Source: Macrostomum lignano
Lineage: Eukaryota
DNA: 64,000 bases
Direction: 5' to 3'
Assembly (NCBI GenBank): GCA_002269645.1
Contig: NIVC01001654.1
Location: forward strand, 186,001 to 250,000
The notes under the pieces were generated by a model that worked only from the letters and a program-made list of their open reading frames with translations, ran no database searches and was not told the origin of the DNA. Positions 24,319-36,450 of this stretch are shown piece by piece. The position numbers and the translations under genes are program-made. Within the stretch, counting starts at the first letter, position 1, and each line of letters begins with the position of its first letter.

Positions 24319-24505
24319 CATGATCTAGAGATAACCATTTAAAGATGAAAGTTAAAAAGTCTCAAAACATTTGTACAAGCGTATATTTTTGCGCATATTT
24401 CCTAGAAAGCTTTGTTTCCTAGAAAGCGGTTTAGACTAAATAAATTGAGCTGGGAGATTCATTTGTTTGATTGATTATCTATGCAGTGTTCTTTCCTCTG
24501 CGTTT

Positions 24506-27500
24506 CTTTGGCTGTGTCAGGCTGTATTTGGCTGTTTGAGGGCTGCCTTTGGCTGTGTCAGGCTGTATTTGGCTGTTTGAGGGCTGCCTTTGGCTGTGTC
24601 AGGCTGTATTTGGCTGTTTGAGGGCTGCCTTTGGCTGTGTCAGGCTGTATTTGGCTGTTTGAGGGCTGCCTGTGGCTGTGTCAGGCTGTATTTGGCTGTT
24701 TGAGGGCTGCCTGTGGCTGTGTCAGGCTGTATTTGGCTGTTTGAGGGCTGCCTGTGGCTGTGTCAGGCTGTATTTGGCTGTTTGAGGGCTGCCTGTGGCT
24801 GTGTCAGGCTGTATTTGGCTGTTTGAGGGCTGCCTTTGGCTGTGTCAGGCTGTATTTGGCTGTTTGAGGGCTGCCTTTGGCTGTGTCAGGCTGTATTTGG
24901 CTGTTTGAGGGCTGCCTTTGGCTGTGTCAGGCTGTATTTGGCTGTTTGAGGGCTGCCTGTGGCTGTGTCAGGCTGTATTTGGCTGTTTGAGGGCTGCCTG
25001 TGGCTGTGTCAGGCTGTATTTGGCTGTTTGAGGGCTGCCTGTGGCTGTGTCAGGCTGTATTTGGCTGTTTGAGGGCTGCCTGTGGCTGTGTCAGGCTGTA
25101 TTTGGCTGTTTGAGGGCTGCCTGTGGCTGTGTCAGGCTGTATTTGGCTGTTTGAGGGCTGCCTGTGGCTGTGTCAGGCTGTATTTGGCTGTTTGAGGGCT
25201 GCCTGTGGCTGTGTCAGGCTGTATTTGGCTGTTTGAGGGCTGCCTGTGGCTGTGTCAGGCTGTATTTGGCTGTTTGAGGGCTGCCTGTGGCTGTGTCAGG
25301 CTGTATTTGGCTGTTTGAGGGCTGCCTGTGGCTGTGTCAGGCTGTATTTGGCTGTGTGAGGGCTGCCTGTGGCTGTGTCAGGCTGTATTTGGCTGTGTGA
25401 GGGCTGCCTTTGGCTGTGTCAGGCTGTATTTGGCTGTGTGAGGGCTGCCTGTCGCTGTTTGAGGGCTGCCTTTGGCTGTGTGAGGGCTGCCTTTGGCTGT
25501 GTCAGGCTGTATTTGGCTGTGTGAGGGCTGCCTGTGGCTGTGTCAGGCTGTATTTGGCTGTTTGAGGGCTGCCTGTGGCTGTGTCAGGCTGTATTTGGCT
25601 GTTTGAGGGCTGCCTGTGGCTGTGTCAGGCTGTATTTGGCTGTTTGAGGGCTGCCTGTGGCTGTGTCAGGCTGTATTTGGCTGTTTGAGGGCTGCCTGTG
25701 GCTGTGTCAGGCTGTATTTGGCTGTTTGAGGGCTGCCTGTGGCTGTGTCAGGCTGTATTTGGCTGTTTGAGGGCTGCCTGTGGCTGTGTCAGGCTGTATT
25801 TGGCTGTTTGAGGGCTGCCTGTGGCTGTGTCAGGCTGTATTTGGCTGTGTGAGGGCTGCCTGTGGCTGTGTCAGGCTGTATTTGGCTGTTTGAGGGCTGC
25901 CTGTGGCTGTGTCAGGCTGTATTTGGCTGTGTGAGGGCTGCCTGTGGCTGTGTCAGGCTGTATTTGGCTGTTTGAGGGCTGCCTGTGGCTGTGTCAGGCT
26001 GTATTTGGCTGTGTGAGGGCTGCCTGTGGCTGTGTCAGGCTGTATTTGGCTGTGTGAGGGCTGCATTTGGCTGTGTCAGGCTGTATTTGGCTGTTTGAGG
26101 GCTGCCTGTGGCTGTGTCAGGCTGTATTTGGCTGTGTGAGGGCTGCCTGTGGCTGTGTCAGGCTGTATTTGGCTGTTTGAGGGCTGCCTGTGGCTGTGTC
26201 AGGCTGTATTTGGCTGTGTGAGGGCTGCCTTTGGCTGTGTCAGGCTGTATTTGGCTGTTTGAGGGCTGCCTGTGGCTGTGTCAGGCTGTATTTGGCTGTG
26301 TGAGGGCTGCCTGTGGCTGTGTCAGGCTGTATTTGGCTGTGTGAGGGCTGCCTTTGGCTGTGTCAGGCTGTATTTGGCTGTGTGAGGGCTGCCTGTCGCT
26401 GTTTGAGGGCTGCCTTTGGCTGTGTGAGGGCTGCCTTTGGCTGTGTCAGGCTGTATTTGGCTGTGTGAGGGCTGCCTGTGGCTGTGTCAGGCTGTATTTG
26501 GCTGTTTGAGGGCTGCCTGTGGCTGTGTCAGGCTGTATTTGGCTGTTTGAGGGCTGCCTGTGGCTGTGTCAGGCTGTATTTGGCTGTTTGAGGGCTGCCT
26601 GTGGCTGTGTCAGGCTGTATTTGGCTGTTTGAGGGCTGCCTGTGGCTGTGTCAGGCTGTATTTGGCTGTTTGAGGGCTGCCTGTGGCTGTGTCAGGCTGT
26701 ATTTGGCTGTTTGAGGGCTGCCTGTGGCTGTGTCAGGCTGTATTTGGCTGTTTGAGGGCTGCCTGTGGCTGTGTCAGGCTGTATTTGGCTGTTTGAGGGC
26801 TGCCTGTGGCTGTGTCAGGCTGTATTTGGCTGTTTGAGGGCTGCCTGTGGCTGTGTCAGGCTGTATTTGGCTGTTTGAGGGCTGCCTGTGGCTGTGTCAG
26901 GCTGTATTTGGCTGTGTGAGGGCTGCCTGTGGCTGTGTCAGGCTGTATTTGGCTGTGTGAGGGCTGCCTGTGGCTGTGTCAGGCTGTATTTGGCTGTGTG
27001 AGGGCTGCCTGTGGCTGTGTCAGGCTGTATTTGGCTGTTTGAGGGCTGCCTGTGGCTGTGTCAGGCTGTATTTGGCTGTGTGAGGGCTGCCTGTGGCTGT
27101 GTCAGGCTGTATTTGGCTGTTTGAGGGCTGCCTGTGGCTGTGTCAGGCTGTATTTGGCTGTTTGAGGGCTGCCTTTGGCTGTGTCAGGCTGTATTTGGCT
27201 GTGTGAGGGCTGCCTGTGGCTGTGTCAGGCTGTATTTGGCTGTTTGAGGGCTGCCTGTGGCTGTGTCAGGCTGTATTTGGCTGTGTGAGGGCTGCCTGTG
27301 GCTGTGTCAGGCTGTATTTGGCTGTGTGAGGGCTGCCTTTGGCTGTGTCAGGCTGTATTTGGCTGTTTGAGGGCTGCCTGTGGCTGTGTCAGGCTGTATT
27401 TGGCTGTGTGAGGGCTGCCTGTGGCTGTGTCAGGCTGTATTTGGCTGTGTGAGGGCTGCCTTTGGCTGTGTCAGGCTGTATTTGGCTGTGTGAGGGCTGC

Positions 27501-29411
27501 CTGTCGCTGTTTGAGGGCTGTCTTTGGCTGTGTGAGGGCTGCCTTTGGCTGTGTCAGGCTGTATTTGGCTGTGTGAGGGCTGCCTGTCGCTGTTTGAGGG
27601 CTGCCTTTGGCTGTGTGAGGGCTGCCTTTGGCTGTGTCAGGCTGTATTTGGCTGTGTGAGGGCTGCCTGTCGCTGTGTCAGGCTGTATTTGGCTGTGTGA
27701 GGGCTGCCTTTGGCTGTGTCAGGCTGTATTTGGCTGTGTGAGGGCTGCCTTTGGCTGTGTCAGGCTGTATTTGGCTGTGTGAGGGCTGCCTGTCGCTGTG
27801 TCAGGCTGTATTTGGCTGTTTGAGGGCTGCCTGTCGCTGTGTGAGGGCTGCATTTGGCTGTGTGAGGGCTGCCTTTGGCTGTGTCAGGCTGTATTTGGCT
27901 GTTTGAGGGCTGCCTGTCGCTGTGTCAGGCTGTATTTGGCTGTTTGAGGGCTGCCTGTCGCTGTGTGAGGGCTGCCTTTGGCTGTGTGAGGGCTGCCTTT
28001 GGCTGTGTCAGGCTGTATTTGGCTGTTTGAGGGCTGCCTGTCGCTGTGTCAGGCTGTATTTGGCTGTTTGAGGGCTGCCTGTCGCTGTGTGAGGGCTGCC
28101 TTTGGCTGTGTGAGGGCTGCCTTTGGCTGTGTCAGGCTGTATTTGGCTGTTTGAGGGCTGCCTGTCGCTGTGTCAGGCTGTATTTGGCTGTTTGAGGGCT
28201 GCCTGTCGCTGTGTGAGGGCTGCCTTTGGCTGTGTGAGGGCTGCCTTTGGCTGTGTCAGGCTGTATTTGGCTGTTTGAGGGCTGCCTGTCGCTGTGTCAG
28301 GCTGTATTTGGCTGTTTGAGGGCTGCCTGTCGCTGTGTGAGGGCTGCCTTTGGCTGTGTGAGGGCTGCCTTTGGCTGTGTCAGGCTGTATTTGGCTGTTT
28401 GAGGGCTGCCTGTCGCTGTGTCAGGCTGTATTTGGCTGTTTGAGGGCTGCCTGTCGCTGTGTGAGGGCTGCCTTTGGCTGTGTGAGGGCTGCCTTTGGCT
28501 GTGTCAGGCTGTATTTGGCTGTTTGAGGGCTGCCTGTCGCTGTGTGAGGGCTGCCTTTGGCTGTGTGAGGGCTGCCTTTGGCTGTGTCAGGCTGTATTTG
28601 GCTGTTTGAGGGCTGCCTTTGGCTGTGTGAGGGCTGCCTTTGGCTGTGTGAGGGCTGCCTTTGGCTGTGTGAGGGCTGCCTTTGGCTGTGTGAGGGCTGC
28701 CTTTGGCTGTGTGAGGGCTGCCTGTCGCTGTGTGAGGGCTGCATTTGGCTGTGTGAGGGCTGCATTTGGCTGTGTGAGGGCTGCCTGTCGCTGTTTGAGG
28801 GCTGCATTTGGCTGTTTGAGGGCTGCCTGTCGCTGTGTGAGGGCTGCCTGTCGCTGTGTGAGGGCTGCATTTGGCTGTGTGAGGGCTGCATTTGGCTGTT
28901 TGAGGGCTGCCTTTGGCTGTGTGAGGGCTGCATTTGGCTGTTTGAGGGCTGCCTGTCGCTGTGTGAGGGCTGCCTTTGGATGTGTGATGGCTGCCTTTGG
29001 CTGTGTGATGGCTGCCTTTGGCTGTGTGAGGGCTGCATTTGGCTGTGTGATGGCTGCCTTTGGCTGTGTGAGGGCTGCATTTGGCTGTGTGAGGGCTGCA
29101 TTTAGCTGTGTGAGGGCTGCCTGTGGCTGTGTGAGGGCTGCCTGTGGCTGTGTGAGGGCTGCATTTGGCTGTGTGAGGGCTGCATTTGGCTGTGTGAGGG
29201 CTGCCTTTGGCTGTGTGAGGGCTGCCTTTGGCTGTGTGAGGGCTGCATTTGGCTGTGTGAGGGCTGCATTTGGCTGTGTGAGGGCTGCATTTGGCTGTGT
29301 GAGGGCTGCATTTAGCTATGTGAGGGCTGCCTTTGGCTGTGTGAGGGCTGCATTTGGCTGTGTGAGGGCTGCATTTGGCTGTGTGATGGCTGCATTTGGC
29401 TGTGTGAGGGC
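24506..29411. repeat. 4.9-kb compound minisatellite of 20- and 21-bp subunits
   Basis: ggctgtgtcaggctgtattt (20) and ggctgt(g/t)tgagggctgcct(t/g)t (21): 41-bp dimers on the left, 62-bp trimers in the middle, 21-bp monomers on the right. Confidence 0.95.
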
Positions 29412-30014
29412 GGTCCTGCAGGCCCTGCCTGACCGTCAGAGGGCGGCGCAGCTCCAGGCAACGCCGAGACCCGGACGCTGGCGGAGTCGCTCGAACCGCA
29501 GGCTGAGGCGGCTGCTGCACTGCAGATGCTGCAGAGCCGAGCGGCCACCCACAGCTGGAAGTTCAGGAGGTGCCGCTGCTGGCGCTGCAGGCAGCCACCG
29601 GCGATTCTGCGACTGCCTGCTGGCTGAGGTGGTGCCGGCTGACCTTTGATGTTCTTGTGGCCTTGCAGCCTTTTATGTACTTTTATTTTTGTCTTCAGAG
29701 ATTTACCAGGTAATTCAATGTAGGATTCTCATGTTGTATTCATGAATTTTGTTGTGTTGTTAACTTAAAAATCGTGAAAGCTTTCAGCAAGCAGCACTGA
29801 AAACACAAAAAGTGAGTTCGAGAACTCAGGCACTAACTCTTTCATTATTTTCAAATTTATTGGCGAACTGGAAAAGGCGAGCAAACGTACTAGTAGTGTA
29901 TTTTAACAAAGTAACTTAAATGACGAATTACAATTTGGAAAATTTGTGGAATTTTATCATTTCGTCGATTTCTGACCAATTCGAAACAGCAATAAAGAAT
30001 GAAGCTTTAGTTAA

Positions 30015-30122
30015 TGCTGTCAGGCTGTCAGTCACTGAATGTTCATGAGGGAGCTGTCAGGCTGTCAGTCACTGAATGTTCATGAGGGAGCTGTCAGGCT
30101 GTCAGTCACTGAATGGTACATG
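30015..30122. repeat. 37-bp minisatellite (~3 copies), paralog of 14681-15013
   Basis: Same unit, with similar downstream flank (30120-30220 vs 15013-15120). Confidence 0.9.
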
Positions 30123-31003
30123 ACTACATGATGAAATTTATTTGCAGACTGCCTGAGCTGCTTCTGAAAGCAGGTGCTTGAAAAATCAGGGAGCATGTAC
30201 AAACGACATTAACAGCTATTAAAGTTGTCCAATTGCTAGTGGGACAAATAACTAAGACGGAATGGCTAACACTTTGGTGGAAGGCTATATTTAAACACGC
30301 GGTCGTAAAGCTCGGCGGAGCGAGAGAAAGTGAAAAGAAAGGTAATAAACCGAGGCAAGCCAGACTATATATTTAAAGTAATAAACTGGACCTCTTCGTG
30401 CGCCACGCGCACAAAAAGGTCTAAGTTATCGATCGTGCAAAATATTATACTTTCTAGGTACGCAAAAAACAGACACAGCTAAAACGGCCCAATTGGGGGC
30501 CACCGAACGCAAAATTATATAGAGAAAATCTGGGGATAAATCTGACAAAAGTGCATCGAAAATATTATCAGTAACATACGCAGTACAAACAAAACCCAGA
30601 GGAGCTTTAAAAACTACGAATTCAAACCAAGCGGCTGCATCAGTCTCTCCAGCTTCTCCCTGACCCCAGCCGACCTTTGGATTTTCCAGGTCCATACAGA
30701 TAACTGCTACATGTGCATTTGGCTTAAATATTTCATTAAAAAGCATTGGTAATTCGGTGTTGAAGTCCGCAGAACAAAATCGCAGGGAAAAGCCCGCATC
30801 AAAGCAGACACGCAGTTTGGAGGGAAAAATTTAGCAATTCAGCATGCAGAGGGAATTGAATTGCAGCACAAATGTGCAAAACTGCAGTTCATGGCAAAAA
30901 CTTATGGATAAACTGAATTCAACGAACAGAAATAGTACACAGTTATTGGTTCTGAAATTCCAGTCCAGCACAACTTGAAAATCTGAGCAACGAAGTCCTC
31001 AGC

Positions 31004-32480
31004 TCACTGCAGTCTCATCCGACTGAGCTTGGCGTGAGTCCAGCTGTCTCTCTGCTCCGCTGCAGTTTCCATGGCAACCAGGCGCCCCAAGTCGGCCCCG
31101 TCTCGCCGCAGCTTCGCCCTCGCCCACAGCCTCCGCTCCTCATCTTCCCTGCTGCGGTGAGCGCCGCTGTCGCTGCCGCTGCGGTTCGAAACTCGCCACC
31201 GCTTCTGCCTGACCCAGCCGATCTTCTCCTCGTCCTGCGTCTCCATGGCGACGCGTCTCTCTTTCTCGATCATCTCCATCTGCTGCAGGCTGAGCTCCAC
31301 GTGCTCGCGGCAGTCGCTGTAGTGAGCCAGAGTGAGCAGCTCCTCCAAGTCCGGGTCTTCTTCCAGCTCTCGCTTCCAATCCTCTAGTTTTATTGCAGGT
31401 GCGCGATTGCGGAGCAGCTCAGCTTGGAGACTCGAGCTCAGGCAGCGGAAGTTCACGTACAGGTGGGAGGAGAGAGGCTGCGACAGTCTGGCCGTGAACA
31501 GAGTCTGCGTGAACTCGGGAAGGAATGGGAAGCGAGGCGGAGAGTCGCAGGGGAGGCAGAACCTCCACGCCCAGTCTGAGTCTTTTAGCAGTATTATCTT
31601 GATCGGGTACAGGCTACTCTCTTTTCGAATATCCTGTGGCTTAAACCCTGACTGAACCTGATGTCTCTGCAGCTCCATCGCGAGTTTCTCAGCTTCCTCA
31701 GATTCTCCGAATTTCAAATGCGCCATGGCGGTCATGCACAGGGCGGCGCACTTGCACCACTGCAGCTCATGCAGGAGACTGAGCTGCCTCATCAGGGTGT
31801 CTCTGTCGCTCAATTCCGACTGCAGCTCGCTCACACACTGGTGCACCACACTGTACACGTCTGCGAACTTGCAGTACATTTCTGGATAGTCAGTTCCTTT
31901 CCTGATCTCCGTGACAGCAGGCGGCGCTGTCAGAGGCAGCAGAGTGAACGGGTGAAAGTAGAACTTCTCTGACTGCAGAGGTCTCACGAGTCTCCTCAGC
32001 TGCTCGACCACTCCGCCGATGTCGCTTCTCAGCTCACAAAGTCGGTCTCGAACCCTCGCCTTCGTGTTGTCGAAGTCGCCGCCGATTCCAGCGTTCTTGA
32101 AGTAGAGCGGAGCGTCGGGCATGAAGAAGTGCGGCATGCACTCATTGGGCGAGCTGCTCGAGTCGATGAAGCTCAGCATCATGTTGAGAGACTCGTTGAG
32201 CAGAGCGATCAGATTGTGGGGCTGCCAAGCCTCAGTTTCAGGATCTGTGCCATGCTTATCCAGCATGAAGAATAGCAGAGTCTTTGCATGGTAGGTCTTG
32301 ACTCCAGGTGTGTCCAGATTGAGCGGCAAGTGTCTCTTGAAGATGAACTTAATGAGTGTGAACAGCTGGCCCTGGACTGTGCTCAGGTGTCTCATGATGT
32401 GTTTCTCTTGGAAGCTAAAGCTCACTCTGAGCTCGTTGGTCGAGCTCGGTCTGGTCGCCCGAACGAGGTGAACAAAACCA
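31004..32480 (-). pseudogene. cGLR copy C: partial tandem duplicate of the Mab-21 exon lacking all three catalytic acidic residues; reading frame intact
   Basis: Starts at FVHLVRATRPSS, fused to the 3' flank of copy D. No GS...DxD exon and no QDTCHA. Otherwise near-identical to B and D. Confidence 0.7.
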
Positions 32481-32958
32481 CTCTTGTCAGTCAGTTTTTT
32501 AATCCTGTCTCTCCAGCTTCTCCCTGACCCAGCCGACATATGAATTTTCCAGATACATGCAGCTAACTGCTGCCTGTTCATTTGGCTTGAATATGTCATT
32601 AAACAGCATTGGCAATTGGGTATTGAAGTCCGCAGAACAAAATCGCACAGAAAAGCCCGCATCAAAGCAGACACGCAGTTTGAAGGGAAAAAGCAATTCA
32701 GCATGCAGTGTGAATTGAATTGCAGCACAAATGTAAAAAACTGCAGTTCATAGCAGGAACGCAACCCTGCCAACCCTACCAACCCTGCCAACCCTGGCTC
32801 TAGATCTGTGCATTTCCTAAAGCAGGAGCAAAAAAGTTTTTGACAAGCTGAATTCAACAGAAGAAAATCAGGTAAAACCAACGGGAAAAGTACACAGTCA
32901 TTGGGTCCGAAACTTCAGTTCAGCAAAACGTAAAAATCTGAGCAACGAAGTCCTCAGG

Positions 32959-35432
32959 TCACTGCAGTCTCATCCAACTGACCTTGGTGTGAGTCCAGCT
33001 GTCTCTCTGCTCTGCTGCAGTTTCCATGGCAACCAGCCCCAGCCTCGCCCTCGCCCACAGCCTCCGCTCCTCATCTTCCTCTTCATCTTCGCTGCTGCGG
33101 TGAGCACCGCTGTCGCTGCCGCTGCCGCTGCGGTTCGAAACTCGCCACCACTTCTGCCTGACCCAGCCGATATTCTCCTCGTCCTGCGTCTCCATGGCGA
33201 CGCGTCTCTCTTTTTCGATCATCTCCATCTGCTGCAGGCTGAGCCGCACGTGCCAGCGGCAGTCGCTGTAGTGAGCCAGAGTGAGCAGCTCCTCCAAGTC
33301 CGGGTCTCCAAGCAGCTCTTTAATCCAATGATCGAATGCGTATGCAGGTGCACGATTGCGGAGCAGCTCAGCTTGGAGACTCCAGCTCAGACAGCGGAAG
33401 TTCACGTACAGGTGGGAGGAGAGGGGCTGCGACAGTCTGGCTGTGAACAGAGTCTGCGTGAACTCGGGAAGGAATGGGAAGCGAGGCGGAGAGTCGCAGG
33501 GGAGGCAGAACCTCCACGCCCAGTCTGAGTCTTCTGGCAATTTAGCTGGTTCATCGTATTTATCTGCTTGAATATCCTGTGGCTTCAACCCTGACACAAC
33601 ATGATGTCTCTGCAGCTCCATCGCGAGTCTCTCAGCCTCCTCAGATTCACCGAACTTCAAATGCGCCATGGCGGTCATGCACAGGGTGGCGCACTTGCAC
33701 CACTGCAGCTGTTGCAGGATACTGAGCTGCCTCATCAGTGTGTCTCTGTCGCTTGATTCTGACTGCAGCTCGCTCACACACTGGTGCACCACACTGTACA
33801 CGTCTGCGAACTTGTAGTACATTTCTGGAGAATACATTCCTTTCCTGATCTCCGTGACAGCAGGCGGCGCTGTCAGAGGCAGCAGAGTGAACGGGTGAAA
33901 GTAGAACTTCTCTGACTGCAGAGGTCTCACGAGTCCCCTAAGCTGCTCGACCACTCCGCTGATGTCGCTTCTCAGCTCACAAAGTCGGTCTCGAACCCTC
34001 GCCTTCGTGTTGTCGAAGTCGCCGCCGATTCCAGCGTTCTTGAAGTAGAGCGGAGCGTCGGGCATGAAGAAGTGCGGCATGCACTCATTGGGTGAGCTGC
34101 TCGAGTCGATGAAGCTCAGCATCATGTCGAGAGACTCCTTGAGCAGAGCGATCAGATTGTGGGGCTGCCAAGCTTCAATCGAAGGATGTGTGTCATTCTT
34201 CTCCAGCATGAAGAATAGCAGAGTCTTTGCATGGTAGGTCTTGAGTCCAGGTGTGTCCAGAGTGAGCGGCAAGTGTCTCTTGAAGATGAACTTGATGAGT
34301 GTGAACAGCTGGCCCTGGTCTGTGCTCAGGTTTCTCATGATGTCTTTTTCTTGGAAGCTGAAGCTCACTCTGAGCTCGTTGGTCGAGCTGGGTCTGGTCG
34401 CCCGCACGAGGTGAACTTTGTCGAAGTTGTATGGAAGCAGTTTTCTAATTCTGTTCTTAAAGAAACTGCTGCAGCATTCGATCGCATGGCACGTGTCCTG
34501 TGCAGGCCGCACGCCGCACGCCGTGGCTGTCACTGCAGGTTGGCTGCCTGCAGAGCGCAGTGAGCGGAGAGTCGCTTTGTGGCGAGTGGAAAAGATGGGT
34601 TGGTTTGAAACTGCATGAATGTGTTAGTTGAGTTCGTTCTACTCATGTTTCAGTGCTACTAATGATGTAATCTATAATTCGTTGCAATGCTTGCAGGGGC
34701 ACCGCAACGGAGTTGATGATGGTTGGGTAAAGAGACAATTATTTTACTTTCATTCAGACCAGGTTTTCACGTATTGCGTACTGTATGCATGCTTTTAACG
34801 TGTGTGCATGGCATTGCATAATAATTGTTTCATAACCTATGAGAGAGGTGCGATCGGAGTGATTGGTTGCCAGAATTTATATTTTAAGCGAAATGAGTTC
34901 TGCATGGTATTTCAACAAGGTTTCGAACTCATGTTGAACTTATGAACTCAGAAATTCAGCCACGATCGGTATCCAATAAATAATTGAGCAGAGTTAAGGG
35001 ACTTGGATTGGCATGGGGATTGGGATGAAGAACCCAGCCTCACACACCTGCTCCGACTGCCACCTGTGCGTGGCCCTCTTTGACCTGCAGCGGAGTGGCG
35101 TCTTTGCAGGAACCCTTTCTTTCGCAGCCACCTCTTAGATGGAACTCTTGCCCAGGAGCCAGCACAGTCCAGTCAATGTCCGAGTCTGCAGCTGTCCTGC
35201 CGTTCACTTGCACCATACTGTTGGCCCAGCCCTCTGCGTAGCTGCCCGTCATCTGCCTGCCATCCTGTGTGAGGACTCGAGCGACTCCTTGCAGCCAGTC
35301 AGCCAGTCTCTGCTGACACTTTGCTCTCTGCTCGGTGAATCCCGCATCGCTGAGCAGTCGATGCAGCCCCTCGTTTGAAAGTCTGGAAGGATACGAGTTG
35401 GTGGAGCAGGAGAGGTGTAAGTTCAGCTGCAT
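32959..35432 (-). CDS. cGAS-like (Mab-21/cGLR) nucleotidyltransferase copy D without ankyrins (exons 35432-35048 and 34547-32959; ~657 aa if the ATG at 35432 is used)
   Basis: GSYAEG...SDID exon, donor GCAG|GTGTGT, same acceptor context as B, then QDTCHA and Mab-21 motifs. An in-frame stop lies just upstream of the ATG. Confidence 0.75.
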
Positions 35433-36222
35433 TCAGTGCAGGAGGATTACTACATATCGTGCAGATAGAGCCGGGTTTTCAGAATTTTGACGCAAAAAAC
35501 GCAAATTATACTACTATCTGAAAATGAAGTAAGTAGTATACAAAAACGCTATCCTAAGCGTGATATGGCAATATGTAGTCGTAATAATCCATGTGCTCAT
35601 ATATGTACATTAATTCCATGTACATTAATCCCTATCTATCTCAAATTGGATATGTACATTAATTCCATGTACATTAATCCATATCTCAAATGTCCATGTC
35701 TATCCCCAATTCTATATGTACACTTACATTGATCTACAGTGTCATCCCCAGACGTCCCGCGCGCACCAACATTACATGCACAATGCTACATGTACACAGA
35801 GGTGAGAATTACTAATCTTATCTACTACCAAATGAGTCAACTAACCGTGTAGCGCACATCATGTATAAGTATTTACAATGAAGATATATTTACATTTAAT
35901 CAGTAGCATATTACAGGAATCAAGACATGTACACCATCACCAGCAAATAGAATATACAGAAAATTTTACATTGTTTTTCAATAATTTTCTCTTCATAAAT
36001 GATTTTAAACAGGTTTGACATGCAAAATATGTACAATAGATTTTTAAATTGGCAATTTCGCCACACGCAATGCAAAAATGTTTTATGTACATTGAAATAT
36101 ATACAGCAAATAGATTCTGATAAATACAGCAATACTACAATGAAAATTATGTACAATAAATAGATTTTACTAATTTAATATTGCAAAATGTACATTGAAT
36201 CGTCAGTTATAATTGGATTACA

Positions 36223-36450
36223 TTATTTATAGCCATAAGGCCTGCTGCCGGCCCCGTACACACGTTTTGTCAGGACGCGCTGAAACGTCTTGTCCATGGT
36301 GATCGTGTGTATGGTACAAGACGCCTTGTCGCGCCTGAACTGGAACTGCGGCAGCTGCAGAGAGCCGCCGTGTAGCAGGGCATTGCGCAATTCGTCGCTG
36401 CGCTCCCGAATCTCCGGACCCAAGTCTGCCCCCCAAATGCAGGACTGTGT
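36223..36450 (-). pseudogene. C-terminal relic of a Polinton-type protein-primed DNA polymerase B
   Basis: QFRRDKASCTIHTITMDKTFQRVLTKRVYGAGSRPYGYK* resembles the T..K.(F/Y)..V..KR...PYGY terminus of one Polinton PolB class. GC-rich, unlike the element at 54-64 kb. Confidence 0.55.

Noticed and set aside
22435-29411. Possible CRISPR-like arrays
   Set aside because: Units are contiguous with no unique spacers, there are no cas genes, and the context is eukaryotic
28418-29649. ORFs of 175-384 aa
   Set aside because: They are products of the 21-bp monomer region and are open in many frames
32481-32881. N-terminal ~135 aa of the 625-aa ORF 31004-32881
   Set aside because: This part is the 3' flank and echo of copy D read in another frame; non-ATG start; not homologous to cGLR N-termini
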